Virus record (IMG/VR): IMGVR_UViG_3300032167_000004
Coordinates: 32,001 to 96,000 of that record
DNA length: 64,000 bases
Direction: 5' to 3' (one strand)
Source of the DNA: a virus
Lineage: Duplodnaviria > Caudoviricetes
Positions 31,940-43,253 of this stretch are shown here, piece after piece. Positions within the stretch are counted from its first letter, which is position 1. Every line of letters starts with the position of its first letter. The position numbers and the translations under genes are program-made. The notes beneath the pieces were generated by a model. That model was not told the DNA's origin. It searched no databases and saw only the letters and a list, made by a program, of their open reading frames with translations.

Positions 31940-32048
31940 ACCTCATCCGTAGTATTTTAACTTTTTTTGTAAAATACATATTATTAATATATTAAATTAT
32001 TGTTTTACAGTAGAAAAATCACTCATAAGAGGTAGGTGCTAGAGAATT

Positions 32049-34553
32049 ATGATAATGAATACTATTGTAAAAGATATAAAAACTCTTGTGAATAATAGCA
32101 CTATTAAGATAGATAGTGTTGCAAAACAGTATGAGACATTAGAATCTATTAGTGATTCTGATAGATATATTTCAGCAGTGCAGAAAACTGATAGATTTGA
32201 TTTATATAGTACATTTGATATTGATGCTGTTGGAGAAGCTTTTACTAGTGAAACTGGACAATTGTTAATTGATGAAGAATTACAATTTCAATATGCAAAT
32301 AATCCTCATCTTATCCCAGAGCAATACAAAGATAAAGTATTAAATAAACAACGAGAATATATTATTAGGGATTATGTAGAAATAAATGACTATTACAGAA
32401 TGTTACATGGTTTACCAAATATTAAAACTGATGAGAGTGAATTCATCAGATTAACTGATGATCAATTATCTCGCTCAGGTATTATAAATTATGATTATAT
32501 CCATACATTCTCTAATGATGAAATTTATAAAGTTGAAGAATCTGGAGTATTAAATGAAATAATATCTCAATATCCTCAATATAAATATTTAAATTATTTA
32601 GGTAAGAATAAAATTGATATTGTAACTGCTAGAATTACTAATAATTTTGGTATATTAAAAATTAATAATGAATCTATTCCTGATTATTTTTATAATAAAT
32701 TTTTACAGATATATGAAGAATCTCGTCAATATTTTATGACAGTTATTTATATTCAAAGTTATAGTAATAGTTATAAATTATATGATAATTTTATTGGTTT
32801 ATGTATCATGTTTATGACTATTCAAAGAATAGTTTCTAGTATATTTAAATTTGGTATTGAAAGAGAATTTTATGATTGGTCATTCATACAAAATTTATAT
32901 AAGACTTATAATGTACCTTTCATCAATACTCTACCCATTGAATATCATATTATAATTATTAAAAATCTTAATCATTTATTACGTTATAAATCCACAGACA
33001 AAGTTTTATTTGATATTGCATCATTATTAGGATATGAACGAATTAAAATATTTAAATATTATTTAGTTAAAAAACATAAATTGAATGAGAATGAAGAACC
33101 TATCTTTTTTTATAAATATAAAAAAGATGAAGATGGTTTTTTTGTATTTGATGATAATGGTAAACCAGTTATGGTTGAAGATATAGAACGCATGTATGAC
33201 ATATATTTTCAAAAAGTTGATATTAATACAGATAATTTACCTGCAGCTCTCCAGGATACATCAAACAGTTTACCGTATAATGAAACTATAATAGATGATC
33301 CATATTGGTATGAAGATGCTAATTTAACAGAAATGAAATATAATGAAATATATAACTATGTCGAAACGAAATATATGAGTTTAAATTTAATGTATAAAAT
33401 GAGTGAAATGTTATTTGAATTAACATATGGATTTAGAATGATAATAGATAAAAAAGATGAAATAGAAAATATAATGGTCACGTTACCTAAAATATACTTA
33501 GATACAGATTTTAAATTATTTGATGTGGTTATTTTTATGATCGCATTGATGTGTAAACTACATGGTTTTAAAGATGGATTAATTACTACTCCATCTAAAA
33601 TTTCCCATATTTATGGATTTAATTTTGATCAAAATACTATTGATGAAATAAAATCAATTATATTAGATAATAAAAAGATAATTGATCAAGATTTGTTAAA
33701 TTATTTTAATAATTTAACAATCAATGAAGCTGATGATGTTAATAATTTATTTATTAAAATTAGAGAATATAATAATTTAATTATAGATAAAATGAGATCT
33801 ACTAATAATATTGATCAATATAGATTATATAAAAAAATATTTACGATATCAATGGTATCTGAAACTCAAACTGATATGTTCAAAATATCATATCATGATA
33901 AAAATACTGGTATTATTGAAGAAACACCTGCAAAAACATATTCAGAATATCTAGAATATAAATCACCGATATTAGCTCAGATTTTAAAAGATACTACAGT
34001 AGAAAATATACCTGCTATGATGAATCATTTAATTTCTGTTATTAATGATGTCATAGAATCTATGAAGTATTTATTCATTATTAATGATAATAACAATCCT
34101 GTATTTACAGCATTAGTATCTTTAATAAACTTTTTTAAATCCTATACTGTTGATATTCATAGTTTAAATGTTATATATTTATTTGATAGCAAATACTATA
34201 ATTTATTAAAATTTGTTGAAGATATTCATTTAATAAAAGCAAATATTGATATTGATGGATCACTTGACCAACTATATACTGATGATATTTGTAGTATTGG
34301 TGTTCATTTAGGTGATTATAAAGATAAATATAAATTAAAAGATATATATGAATCGTATATGAGTATGCTATTACGTGATAAATCTAAAGATATATTTATG
34401 AAAGATAAAATTAATGACATGTCTAAACATATTGAATATAGAGGTAGTTTAGATCATCAATATAATACTGATCTATTAATTAATCATACTAGTTTGAAGC
34501 ATAAAGATAAATATAAAATGAGAGATGATATAGTATTAACTTGGGAAAGTTAA
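32049..34553 (+). CDS. Putative virion structural (baseplate-like) protein
   Basis: 834 aa; YVEINDYYRMLHGLP, LLRYKST and FFKSYTV motifs as recalled from jumbo-phage virion proteins. Confidence 0.55.
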   Translation: MIMNTIVKDIKTLVNNSTIKIDSVAKQYETLESISDSDRYISAVQKTDRFDLYSTFDIDAVGEAFTSETGQLLIDEELQFQYANNPHLIPEQYKDKVLNKQREYIIRDYVEINDYYRMLHGLPNIKTDESEFIRLTDDQLSRSGIINYDYIHTFSNDEIYKVEESGVLNEIISQYPQYKYLNYLGKNKIDIVTARITNNFGILKINNESIPDYFYNKFLQIYEESRQYFMTVIYIQSYSNSYKLYDNFIGLCIMFMTIQRIVSSIFKFGIEREFYDWSFIQNLYKTYNVPFINTLPIEYHIIIIKNLNHLLRYKSTDKVLFDIASLLGYERIKIFKYYLVKKHKLNENEEPIFFYKYKKDEDGFFVFDDNGKPVMVEDIERMYDIYFQKVDINTDNLPAALQDTSNSLPYNETIIDDPYWYEDANLTEMKYNEIYNYVETKYMSLNLMYKMSEMLFELTYGFRMIIDKKDEIENIMVTLPKIYLDTDFKLFDVVIFMIALMCKLHGFKDGLITTPSKISHIYGFNFDQNTIDEIKSIILDNKKIIDQDLLNYFNNLTINEADDVNNLFIKIREYNNLIIDKMRSTNNIDQYRLYKKIFTISMVSETQTDMFKISYHDKNTGIIEETPAKTYSEYLEYKSPILAQILKDTTVENIPAMMNHLISVINDVIESMKYLFIINDNNNPVFTALVSLINFFKSYTVDIHSLNVIYLFDSKYYNLLKFVEDIHLIKANIDIDGSLDQLYTDDICSIGVHLGDYKDKYKLKDIYESYMSMLLRDKSKDIFMKDKINDMSKHIEYRGSLDHQYNTDLLINHTSLKHKDKYKMRDDIVLTWES

Positions 34554-34611
34554 TAATCTATATCTATGAAAACATTAATGTAAGAAATTACTTAGAAAGG
34601 ATTAATATGAT

Positions 34612-35484
34612 ATGAATACATTAAATCTTAGAGATAATTTAAATAATAAAGATTCTGTGTCATTTTCTAATAAACGTAGTCCGTTTGTTAGAACTAAGAT
34701 TGTTGCAGGTTATGATCCTTATAAAGATAAAAATGGTGTAACTCAGTTTGGTGAAACTGTTTTTGAAACTGAGAATATGATTGTTCTTGGTGGTTCTTTA
34801 TTTACTCTTGAAAAAGTATTCGGTCTTAATTCTCCTATTGCTATTAGAGATTTGAGAGATGTGATGACTTTACCTTCTAAAGATACTCCTGTTACTAATA
34901 ATAAAGATACTTATGTGTGTTTATTTGGTGTAGGAACTGGTGGTGCAGGTGAAAGTATTACTGATGTTAAGGATGTAGAATACTATGAAGATACTATTTA
35001 TGACATGATTCCTTTCCGTCAGACCGAAAATGAACTTACTCCTGAGGAAACTGCTAAGTACTGGTTTAAGAAGCCTGTCACTATTAATATTGATGGTGGT
35101 CAGATTCATAAAACTGCATACTATTTAAAGAGATTTGAAACTGTTCCTGAAATTCATGTTCTTTGGAGAGATGCTGAAGGTGATGAGGATGGTTCTGAAG
35201 TCGGTGATAATGTTCATGAAACCCCTTCTACTAATACCACTCCTATTGAAACTTTCATTGAGTTGACTTTAAAAATTACTAAGAAGGATGCTAGAGAATT
35301 CTTTGATGATAATGGTAACATTGAAGCTACTCGTATTAATAGTATTGGTTTATTTACTGGTGTTCGTAATGAAGGTGATGATGATTACCAACAAATCAAG
35401 TTATTCTCTAAATTAAATATTAATAATGAGATCTTAGTTTTAGCCAAAGACCTTACTATTTCTTATAGAATTTATACTTCTTAA
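34612..35484 (+). CDS. Putative virion structural protein
   Basis: 290 aa; late promoter at 34571-34582; EN.IV.GG, FGVG.GG, IPFR, YYLK, SIGL pattern. Confidence 0.55.
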   Translation: MNTLNLRDNLNNKDSVSFSNKRSPFVRTKIVAGYDPYKDKNGVTQFGETVFETENMIVLGGSLFTLEKVFGLNSPIAIRDLRDVMTLPSKDTPVTNNKDTYVCLFGVGTGGAGESITDVKDVEYYEDTIYDMIPFRQTENELTPEETAKYWFKKPVTINIDGGQIHKTAYYLKRFETVPEIHVLWRDAEGDEDGSEVGDNVHETPSTNTTPIETFIELTLKITKKDAREFFDDNGNIEATRINSIGLFTGVRNEGDDDYQQIKLFSKLNINNEILVLAKDLTISYRIYTS

Positions 35485-35561
35485 TATATAATAAAAATTA
35501 TAATAAGAGATACGATATATAATTCGTATCTCTTATTTCATTTATAAGGAAGTGATTTTAT

Positions 35562-36770
35562 ATGGTAGTTTTAAAAGAAGAATATAAACAGATGTTATTA
35601 AAAATGAAACCTGATGATATTACTTCAGATTTTGTTTTTGAATATTTGGCAGATACATCTAAAAAAGTAAATGGTAAATTAGTTCAAGTTCCTAGTAAAA
35701 TTAAAACATATGATACATTTACTTTAAAAAAAGGTGAATATTTTAATACAGAAACTATCACTACTAATGTAGGATTATTTATATTTAATAAATTTCTTAT
35801 TGAAGAATCATTTAGTAAAGTAGTTGGTTATATTAATACTCCTGTTAATGCTAAAATACAGAAAAATATTGAAGCTAAAATTAGCCAGGCTTTATTAGAT
35901 GATATCATTACTGTAGAAGAAATGGTTAAATATTTAAATAAATTACAATGGTTATCTAAAGAATTTAATGCTGTTTTTTCTGGTTCTTTTACAATGAAAA
36001 CTTTAAAACCTGTTCCTAAGGTTATGAAACACAAAGAAAAACTTGTAAAAGAAAATAAAGAAGCATTAGATAAAGGTGATATTGCTGTAGCAGTTAATAT
36101 TGAAAAAGAGTTATTAGATATGGCACGAGAAGAGTTAAAAGGTGATCCTGGAATGGATTTATATAACTCAGGGGCTCGTGGTTCTTTTGATAATAACTAT
36201 AAAAATATAGCTGTTATTAAAGGACCTGTATATAATCCTGTTACAGATAAATATGACTTTGTTTCTTCTAACTTTATGGAAGGAATTAAAAAGGAAGAAA
36301 TTCCTATTGTAGCTAATAGTATTCCCGCTGGAGCATATCCGAAAGCAGTCGGAACACAAACCGGAGGCTACTACAACAAACAGATTTCCGCAGCATTTCA
36401 AGGTGTTGTTTTAGATAAACAAGGATCTGATTGTGGTACTAAATTAACTCTTGAAGTATTACTTACTGATTCTAATAAATCTCAATTCTTACATAGATAT
36501 ATTGTATCTGGTAGTAATTTAATTTTATTAGATAGTAATAATATTGATAAGTATATTAATAAAAAAGTAAAATTTAGATCACCTATGTTCTGTAAAGGTG
36601 ATAAATTATGTAGTAAGTGTGCAGGTATTCTTTATTATAAATTAGGTATTGAGAATATAGGTTTAACTGCTACCAAATTGGCTGGTACATTATTGAATCT
36701 TAATATGAAAAAATTCCATAATAGTACAGCTAATATTAAAAAGATTGATCTTAATGAAATTGACTTATAA
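35562..36770 (+). CDS. rpoC: RNA polymerase beta' C-terminal-half subunit (probably virion RNAP)
   Basis: SGARGS, bridge-helix TQTGGY, DCGT, RSPMFC...CSKCAG, NIGL...MKKFH. Confidence 0.85.
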   Translation: MVVLKEEYKQMLLKMKPDDITSDFVFEYLADTSKKVNGKLVQVPSKIKTYDTFTLKKGEYFNTETITTNVGLFIFNKFLIEESFSKVVGYINTPVNAKIQKNIEAKISQALLDDIITVEEMVKYLNKLQWLSKEFNAVFSGSFTMKTLKPVPKVMKHKEKLVKENKEALDKGDIAVAVNIEKELLDMAREELKGDPGMDLYNSGARGSFDNNYKNIAVIKGPVYNPVTDKYDFVSSNFMEGIKKEEIPIVANSIPAGAYPKAVGTQTGGYYNKQISAAFQGVVLDKQGSDCGTKLTLEVLLTDSNKSQFLHRYIVSGSNLILLDSNNIDKYINKKVKFRSPMFCKGDKLCSKCAGILYYKLGIENIGLTATKLAGTLLNLNMKKFHNSTANIKKIDLNEIDL

Positions 36771-36823
36771 TTATAAGAGAGTATAGGAAATCCCTATACT
36801 CTCTATTTTTTATTATATTTTTT

Positions 36824-36837
36824 AAATATATATTATT
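36824..36837 (+). promoter_or_regulatory. Early promoter motif
   Basis: AAATATATATTATT directly after a terminator (36773-36812) and before a small-ORF block. Confidence 0.65.
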
Positions 36838-36880
36838 ACCTTGACATAAATATAATAAAATATTTTTAAAAAGAGGAGAA

Positions 36881-37306
36881 ATGTTTATGTTCGGATTAGT
36901 TAGTGAAATTAAATATAATCAACTTGATAAAAAATATGCATCGACTCAAAAAGAGTTAGATGATATTAAAAAGAATTGTGTAATGGTAAGAAAGTCTGAT
37001 ATGGATGTTTTAATGGCGGATATGAAAAAACTTGAAGAAGATAATAGAATGCTTCTTAAAAGATTAGAAGAATATGAAAATGTTATAGATAAAATGCGTA
37101 GATTATCTAATACACCTCTATATACCAGTACAGAATATAAAGGTTTAGATACTGATGCATATTGGGTTACTGAAGAAGGAAAACCTTTAGTGTGTAGTAA
37201 ATGTGGATATAGTTTTTGGAATGGTACCGATCAGTATGTGACCCATTGTTCGGGTTGTGGTCGTCGGATGATAAATATTGTACAGGGTAAAATTAATGAG
37301 GAGTAA
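36881..37306 (+). CDS. MFGLVS-family coiled-coil + Zn-ribbon protein
   Basis: CSKC...CSGC. Confidence 0.75.
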   Translation: MFMFGLVSEIKYNQLDKKYASTQKELDDIKKNCVMVRKSDMDVLMADMKKLEEDNRMLLKRLEEYENVIDKMRRLSNTPLYTSTEYKGLDTDAYWVTEEGKPLVCSKCGYSFWNGTDQYVTHCSGCGRRMINIVQGKINEE

Positions 37307-37929
37307 TGATTATGTTTGGTTTAGTTAGTAAAAAAGAATATGACATACTTGTAGAGCAGAACAACATGCTTAGTCGTGAAATTTCCCATTATCAACATAT
37401 TATTCATGAATCTGGATTTTGGTATATTCAAAATTATCATGAGAATTTATATAGATGCTCTAATTGTAATTCTGAATTAACTTTTACTTTGGATAGTATT
37501 CCTGCAAAATGTCCTATATGTGAAAAACATATGTATGCATTGAAAAATGATCCCAGACGTATACCTAAAAATCCTGAAGTCGAAGAACTTAAAAAGGAGA
37601 ATGAAAAACTTAAATTACAAATTTCTAGTATGCAAGTAGATATAAATGGATTAGAAGATTCTAATAGACATTATAGAGATAAGTATCTTGATATTTGTGA
37701 TGTTATGAGGGAGATCAATAATACCATATCTGATGAGAATGATCAGATTCCTAATAAATGTCCTGATTGTGGAGGTAACATTTTCTATAATTGTATAGGT
37801 CATTATGGAATGTGTATAAAATGTGGTAAGAATTATAAAATGAGTAAGATGTGGGAAACTTTAAATCTCAAGAAACCTGAAGTTCCTTGTAATAAATGTA
37901 AATATAAGAATAATACTGAGGAGAAATAA
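37306..37929 (+). CDS. MFGLVS-family protein with two Zn ribbons
   Basis: CSNC/CPIC and CPDC/CIKC. Confidence 0.75.
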   Translation: MIMFGLVSKKEYDILVEQNNMLSREISHYQHIIHESGFWYIQNYHENLYRCSNCNSELTFTLDSIPAKCPICEKHMYALKNDPRRIPKNPEVEELKKENEKLKLQISSMQVDINGLEDSNRHYRDKYLDICDVMREINNTISDENDQIPNKCPDCGGNIFYNCIGHYGMCIKCGKNYKMSKMWETLNLKKPEVPCNKCKYKNNTEEK

Positions 37930-37931
37930 TT

Positions 37932-38201
37932 ATGCAAGAAGTTACACTCAAAGTTACTAAACGTAAAGCTATTCCATACATCGTCAATTTAAAATGTGAA
38001 TGTGGAGGTAATTTTAGTAAGTCCATACCTATAGCATATGATTATGAAACTAATACCATTAAACATACCTGTGAGAATTGTGGTAGAGTGATCAATTCTA
38101 AATATGAATTCCCATATTCTATGAATTTATCTGATGAACCTGAAGAAGAATATGGTACTTTTAATGTTCTTGAAGGATGTAAAAATACTATCGGACTATA
38201 A
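37932..38201 (+). CDS. Zn-ribbon protein (CxCGG family)
   Basis: CECGG...CENC. Confidence 0.7.
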   Translation: MQEVTLKVTKRKAIPYIVNLKCECGGNFSKSIPIAYDYETNTIKHTCENCGRVINSKYEFPYSMNLSDEPEEEYGTFNVLEGCKNTIGL

Positions 38202-38232
38202 TAAAAATATAAATAAAGAGGAGAAATTAATT

Positions 38233-38463
38233 ATGGCAAAGACTATGAATAACAACACCCCTATTGTAAATACTACTATTACTGAACCCAAGCCTGCAAA
38301 TACACCTTCTAGTGTACAGTATGCATTATCTATTACCTGTCTTTGTGGTGGTAGATATGTACCTTTGACACATAAAATTGCTGATGTTAATAATGTTTTC
38401 TATAGATGTACTAAATGTGGTAGAGATATTAATATAAAGCGCACACCTATAACTAATAAATGA
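38233..38463 (+). CDS. Zn-ribbon protein (CxCGG family)
   Basis: Start revised to 38233 behind GAGGAG; CLCGG...CTKC. Confidence 0.7.
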   Translation: MAKTMNNNTPIVNTTITEPKPANTPSSVQYALSITCLCGGRYVPLTHKIADVNNVFYRCTKCGRDINIKRTPITNK

Positions 38464-38473
38464 GGTATTCGTT

Positions 38474-38803
38474 ATGTTTGGATTTGTTAGTAAGAAAAAA
38501 TTCAAATATTGTGAAAGTGAATATATTAGAGTTAATACTGAAAATAATGAGCTTATAAAAGAGAATGAAAAACTTAAAAGATTAATGGAAATTGTAAATG
38601 AAGATAATCAAGTTCTTCGTAATGTGAATGATTTTTATCTTAAGAAATATAATGATGCAAAAAATATTATTAGAACTCTTAATAATGAAAATCCTGATAA
38701 GATTAAAATTCCTAGTAAGTGTAAAGTGTGTGATGAATTATTAAATTATAATGAAAACTTACATATTGCAGTATGTCCAAATTGTAATCAAACTTTCAAG
38801 TAA
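38474..38803 (+). CDS. MFGFVS-family coiled-coil + Zn-ribbon protein
   Basis: CKVC...CPNC. Confidence 0.75.
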   Translation: MFGFVSKKKFKYCESEYIRVNTENNELIKENEKLKRLMEIVNEDNQVLRNVNDFYLKKYNDAKNIIRTLNNENPDKIKIPSKCKVCDELLNYNENLHIAVCPNCNQTFK

Positions 38804-38819
38804 TAGAAGGATAGTATAT

Positions 38820-39155
38820 ATGGATAGAAAAGTTATTAATAAAAGTTTTAGTAGTAACAACTACTTCTAAAATTGAATTAGAATATACTTGTGGTGGTAT
38901 CTTTAATAAGGTTCCTGGAAAAGTTGATAATAAAACTAAACGTCTTATGTATAGATGTAATAGATGCAGAATGAAGTATATCTTGATCCTAATATTACAT
39001 CTATTTAAATGGAATCTATGTCTAATAGACATATTATTGGTACTAAGTCTGTATATATTGATAAACCTTATACATGTGATTGTGGTGGTATGATATTTTA
39101 CATTGGCAATAATCCTGGTAGATGTATTAAATGTAATAAAACTTATGAGGTATAA
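38820..39155 (+). pseudogene. Probably frameshifted Zn-ribbon paralog
   Basis: SD + ATG at 38820 stops after 16 codons; ELEYTCGG..CNRC and CDCGG..CIKC are found in other frames. Confidence 0.45.
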
Positions 39156-39157
39156 TA

Positions 39158-39427
39158 ATGAAATTTACTGAAAAGACAGTATTTAAAACAGCTAGAGCTT
39201 GTACTCCTATATATGTTGAATTAGAATGTGTATGTGGAGGTCATTATATTACTAAGGATATTAAAGTAGAAAATAAGTATCTTGCTACATGTGATAAATG
39301 TGGAGATGAAATTTATACTTTTGGAGAATATCCCCATATTGATTATCAGCCGTTTGGTAGAGATCCAATATATTCAGAACATGTACGTGCATTTGTTGAA
39401 GAAAAGGAAAAAGTAAATGAAATTTAA
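39158..39427 (+). CDS. Zn-ribbon protein (CxCGG family)
   Basis: CVCGG...CDKC. Confidence 0.7.
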   Translation: MKFTEKTVFKTARACTPIYVELECVCGGHYITKDIKVENKYLATCDKCGDEIYTFGEYPHIDYQPFGRDPIYSEHVRAFVEEKEKVNEI

Positions 39428-39593
39428 TATTTATACACTTAATGATAATGGTTCTGGAATGAAATATTCTAATAAAGAAGATTTCATGAAAGAAATTGGT
39501 TTAATGGTAGATGACTGTACTGCTAATGGCGGTACACAATTTACTATTCATATAGATGCTGATGCAAGTTGTTTTTATAAAGATAATGAGTGA
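39417..39593 (+). CDS. Small hypothetical protein (58 aa, not in ORF track)
   Basis: AAGGA SD; overlaps upstream gene end; open to TGA. Confidence 0.55.
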   Translation: MKFNIYTLNDNGSGMKYSNKEDFMKEIGLMVDDCTANGGTQFTIHIDADASCFYKDNE

Positions 39594-39655
39594 TTAAATT
39601 AATGGTAACGGATAAGATTATTCGTTACCATTTTATAATTTAAGGAGAATATTTT

Positions 39656-39865
39656 ATGTGTAGTACATGCAATCATACTAAGTATGAAGAATTTGAAATT
39701 GAAAATAAGTTTGGTAAAACTAAAAGATTGAGAAATACTCATGATGAATTAGATATTCATTGTGATATGAATGGTAAGAATTTTAAAATCGGTAATTTTT
39801 CTATTTTGAGATGTCCTATTTGTGGTAGAGAATTATTTGAAAATCATATGACCACTAGAAAGTGA
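39656..39865 (+). CDS. Small Zn-finger protein
   Basis: CSTC...CPICGR; AAGGAG SD. Confidence 0.7.
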   Translation: MCSTCNHTKYEEFEIENKFGKTKRLRNTHDELDIHCDMNGKNFKIGNFSILRCPICGRELFENHMTTRK

Positions 39866-39872
39866 ATTACAT

Positions 39873-40043
39873 ATGAGAAAACTAATTAATTATATTCGCT
39901 CATGTTTTTGTAAACATGAATGGGAAATGATATTTGATACTGAAATTCATGATCATTATAGTAGAGAAATATATAATATGTTTCATGTAAAAACATATCG
40001 TTGTAAAAAGTGTGGCTATTCTAAGAAATATAAGTCTTATTAA
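39873..40043 (+). CDS. Small hypothetical protein (56 aa, not in ORF track)
   Basis: FCKHEW...CKKCG motif. Confidence 0.6.
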   Translation: MRKLINYIRSCFCKHEWEMIFDTEIHDHYSREIYNMFHVKTYRCKKCGYSKKYKSY

Positions 40044-40060
40044 AAAGGAAGTATATTCTT

Positions 40061-40447
40061 ATGTTAAAAATTGTATATTGTAAAGATGGTATACCTATTT
40101 CTGATTTTAAAGTATATGAAACTGTTGATCGTATGATAGATACATATTTAACAGCTAGACATTCTAGAAGTGTATATATTGGTACAACAACTACTGTTGT
40201 ACCAATATATAACTATGAATATAGAACTTCCAGTGAGTTATGTCTTTCAGTATTTAGTCTTCGTGTTCTTGAAGAAAAAATTCCTATTAATGAAATTGAG
40301 TTTTATCTTGAAGATGAAAAATTGGAGTTTGATAAATATAAAGGTTTAAAAATTCCTAATGGTAAACAATTGGGATTTTTGGGAGAGGTAACTAGACAAG
40401 CTGTGAAAATTGGTATTGAAAAGTTGATTAGAGATAAGAAATCGTAA
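40061..40447 (+). CDS. Hypothetical protein
   Basis: 128 aa; AAGGA SD. Confidence 0.7.
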   Translation: MLKIVYCKDGIPISDFKVYETVDRMIDTYLTARHSRSVYIGTTTTVVPIYNYEYRTSSELCLSVFSLRVLEEKIPINEIEFYLEDEKLEFDKYKGLKIPNGKQLGFLGEVTRQAVKIGIEKLIRDKKS

Positions 40448-40510
40448 AGTTTATCTGATTAAATATATATTATTTACATAAGATAATATATAGAAAGGGG
40501 GTAAACTTAT

Positions 40511-40912
40511 ATGAATAAGCATGAGTTGGAAATCATTAATTTTGTTGATACTCTCAGAAATAAAAATATTGATGTTCGATATAATGCAAAATTAATGAAT
40601 GGTGGCGCATTCATCAAAATTAATCTTAAAAATGGTGAATATGCTGAAGTTATTTGTACGGATCGCACCAACTGGAGATTCATGAACAGTAAGAATTGTA
40701 CACTATTCGGTAAAGATTATCGACCTGGTACATATATTGTTGATATTTCCGTATTCATCAATGATGTTACTAAATATTTTAATAATGAAGTTGATGATAA
40801 TCTGCTTTCTCTTACTGCACTCGGTTGGCTGAAATCTGTAAATTATTCTGCAAAGACTCATGAAGAGCGGATGATTTTGATCGATGCTGCAAGAATCGCA
40901 TATCCGTATTAA
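40511..40912 (+). CDS. Hypothetical protein with its own early promoter (40461-40474) and terminator
   Basis: 133 aa; AAGGGGG SD. Confidence 0.75.
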   Translation: MNKHELEIINFVDTLRNKNIDVRYNAKLMNGGAFIKINLKNGEYAEVICTDRTNWRFMNSKNCTLFGKDYRPGTYIVDISVFINDVTKYFNNEVDDNLLSLTALGWLKSVNYSAKTHEERMILIDAARIAYPY

Positions 40913-40984
40913 TTTTGTCACAAAGGGAGGGAGAGTAAAATCTCCCTCTTTAATTTTTTATTTAAAAGAAAGGAAAAAAGTTAT

Positions 40985-41428
40985 ATGTCTGTTGTAATGG
41001 AGTTGTTGAAACCTGTAGAGGTTGAATGTCTCGGAGAATGTCCTAACAGTATAATCAAAATGATTTGGTCTGATAATAAAAATCATGATCATATTGATTT
41101 TTCAGATCTCCGTCTAATTTATAGAAAGGAAAGATTCTGGAATAGAATTGCAAATAAGTTTGAAGGACTTTCCGCTAATTATTGTCCTAATGGATATAGT
41201 AAGGGACATATTATCATTCCTGTTGATACAGTCCAGTATGCTCAGGGATATTTCTTTAATGATAGATATTTTAAGAGAAAGTATTGGTATAACGTCTGTA
41301 ATACCAAGCGTGGAATGATTGATTTCTTTAATAGATATATTGATTATTCTATGGATGGTGCTAGAGAAGCAACTAATAGGTTTATTGATTCCTGGGAAGA
41401 TGGAATGATTTTCATTTGTAGTTTCTAA
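40985..41428 (+). CDS. Hypothetical protein
   Basis: 147 aa; AAAGGA SD. Confidence 0.75.
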   Translation: MSVVMELLKPVEVECLGECPNSIIKMIWSDNKNHDHIDFSDLRLIYRKERFWNRIANKFEGLSANYCPNGYSKGHIIIPVDTVQYAQGYFFNDRYFKRKYWYNVCNTKRGMIDFFNRYIDYSMDGAREATNRFIDSWEDGMIFICSF

Positions 41429-41443
41429 TGGAGGTATTATTTT

Positions 41444-41839
41444 ATGATGACTGGTATTATTTTATTCTTTATACTTGCATTTCTATCTGTTCCTGTATTT
41501 ACATTAATAAAGAATAAATATTATGCTCATAGTTGGATAATATCTACTATATATGTAATATTTATCATTGTTTTAGCAATTCTTATAACATTTCTACCTA
41601 TATTAATTAGTCACTATATTGTTATCGGTGATGCTAAATCCATTTATGTATATGACGAGAGTGGTACATTATATTATGATTCAGATGAAAATATATATTT
41701 TTATTCTGAAGTTAGTGAGTGGGAATATCCACATATGGTCAATAGAGTTAATATTGAATATGAACTTGGTAAAAATATTCATAATGCCGCACATCTAATC
41801 GAAAATTCTGAATATATATTCAATTCTATGATTGAATAA
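41444..41839 (+). CDS. Two-TM membrane protein (paralog of 43254-43646)
   Basis: Shared GDA...GT.YYD..EN.YF...W...I.Y.LG pattern. Confidence 0.75.
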   Translation: MMTGIILFFILAFLSVPVFTLIKNKYYAHSWIISTIYVIFIIVLAILITFLPILISHYIVIGDAKSIYVYDESGTLYYDSDENIYFYSEVSEWEYPHMVNRVNIEYELGKNIHNAAHLIENSEYIFNSMIE

Positions 41840-42023
41840 GGGGGGATTATTTATGGGAAAGAAAACTTTATGGGAGAAGATTTATTCATTCTTTGGGTTT
41901 TGGAAATATACTTCAATCACTGATACAGGTAAATACCGAATTTATTATTGGTGTTGTTTTCCCTGGAAGTTCTATAGAAAGTTTGATATTTTCAGAATTA
42001 AGGTAAAATAAAGGAGAATTTTT

Positions 42024-43208
42024 ATGAAAATTGTTGAATGGATGAGCGGTATCTGGCATTGTCTCGGACCGTTTCCTGGTACCTTTAATATTTGTGATGA
42101 ATCTATTAGTTTGATTCAAAATCACAATAATGACTTTATTGTTATGAGAGTAACTAAAGTTATTGATTCGGATTATGGTATTCCTATTAATACTTTTTAT
42201 TATTCTACGTATGATGAAGCAAAAGCTCAATATGACAAGTTTAAATCTGAATTGGAGTGGCATGTAAAACAAACAGCCGAATCTAATTAAAGAGGTAAAA
42301 GTATGTGTGAAAAACTTATTCTTTATTTAGATATACCACCATATATTGGATGTTGTACATACCGAGAAACACTCAATAAAATCAATAATGGTTATGAAGT
42401 AGTAAATACAACACAACCTGCTTTTCTTCAGTTTAAATATGCTAAACGTTTATTTGTTAGAGTAAAAGGTGAAGAACATGAAATTACTCTCGGTAAATGT
42501 GAAGGAACTGATAAAGAAATTCGTAAAGTTCATAACATTGAAAAGATGTTATTGAATGGAGCTTTTGATTACTTTAGAGGGATTTAAATATGACAAAAGA
42601 CATTGAAAATTATAATAGTATAGAATGGTTATTTACTTCTAAATTTGAGAAATTGGTATGTCTTGTTACAGTATGCTATAAAAATAAACAGAGATTGCAT
42701 CTTAATATCGGATTATGTTTAGATTTTGAAACCATGAGTATTGACATTGTGGATGATTTAAATTTTAAACAATGGAATGATTTACAGTGGTTCTTTGCAT
42801 CTAAGTATAAGAGAGCAATGTATCTCATTAAATTAGCATATTCATGTAAAAGATCATTTGATTTCAATAATGGTATAGTTTTAAACTTTAAAACTATGAC
42901 TATTGAGGAGCGTTATTAATATGGATTATCGACATATGACCAGACCCCAATTTAAATTTGTTGATCGTTATCATGGATCTGTATGGGATAAGACCATTCA
43001 ACATATTTATATTAATCGTTATATGGCAACTATTACAGTAATTGATGATCGTGTTCTTACCGGTTATATTGATGGTTTTGATGAACAAACTATATATCTT
43101 ACAACAAATACTAATCTCGGTAGATCTAGTACAATCTTTCCTAAAGCACATATCACATCTATTAGTTTCTCAGGAGAAAATCTCTTTAGAAATTATGGTG
43201 ATGAATAA
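42024..43208 (+). other. Four small hypothetical CDS (42024-42290, 42303-42587, 42590-42919, ~42921-43208)
   Basis: Tightly packed co-oriented ORFs with SD sites. Confidence 0.65.
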
Positions 43209-43253
43209 AGAAACTTATTAATAAAGAGGGATAAACTCCCTCTTTATTTTTTT

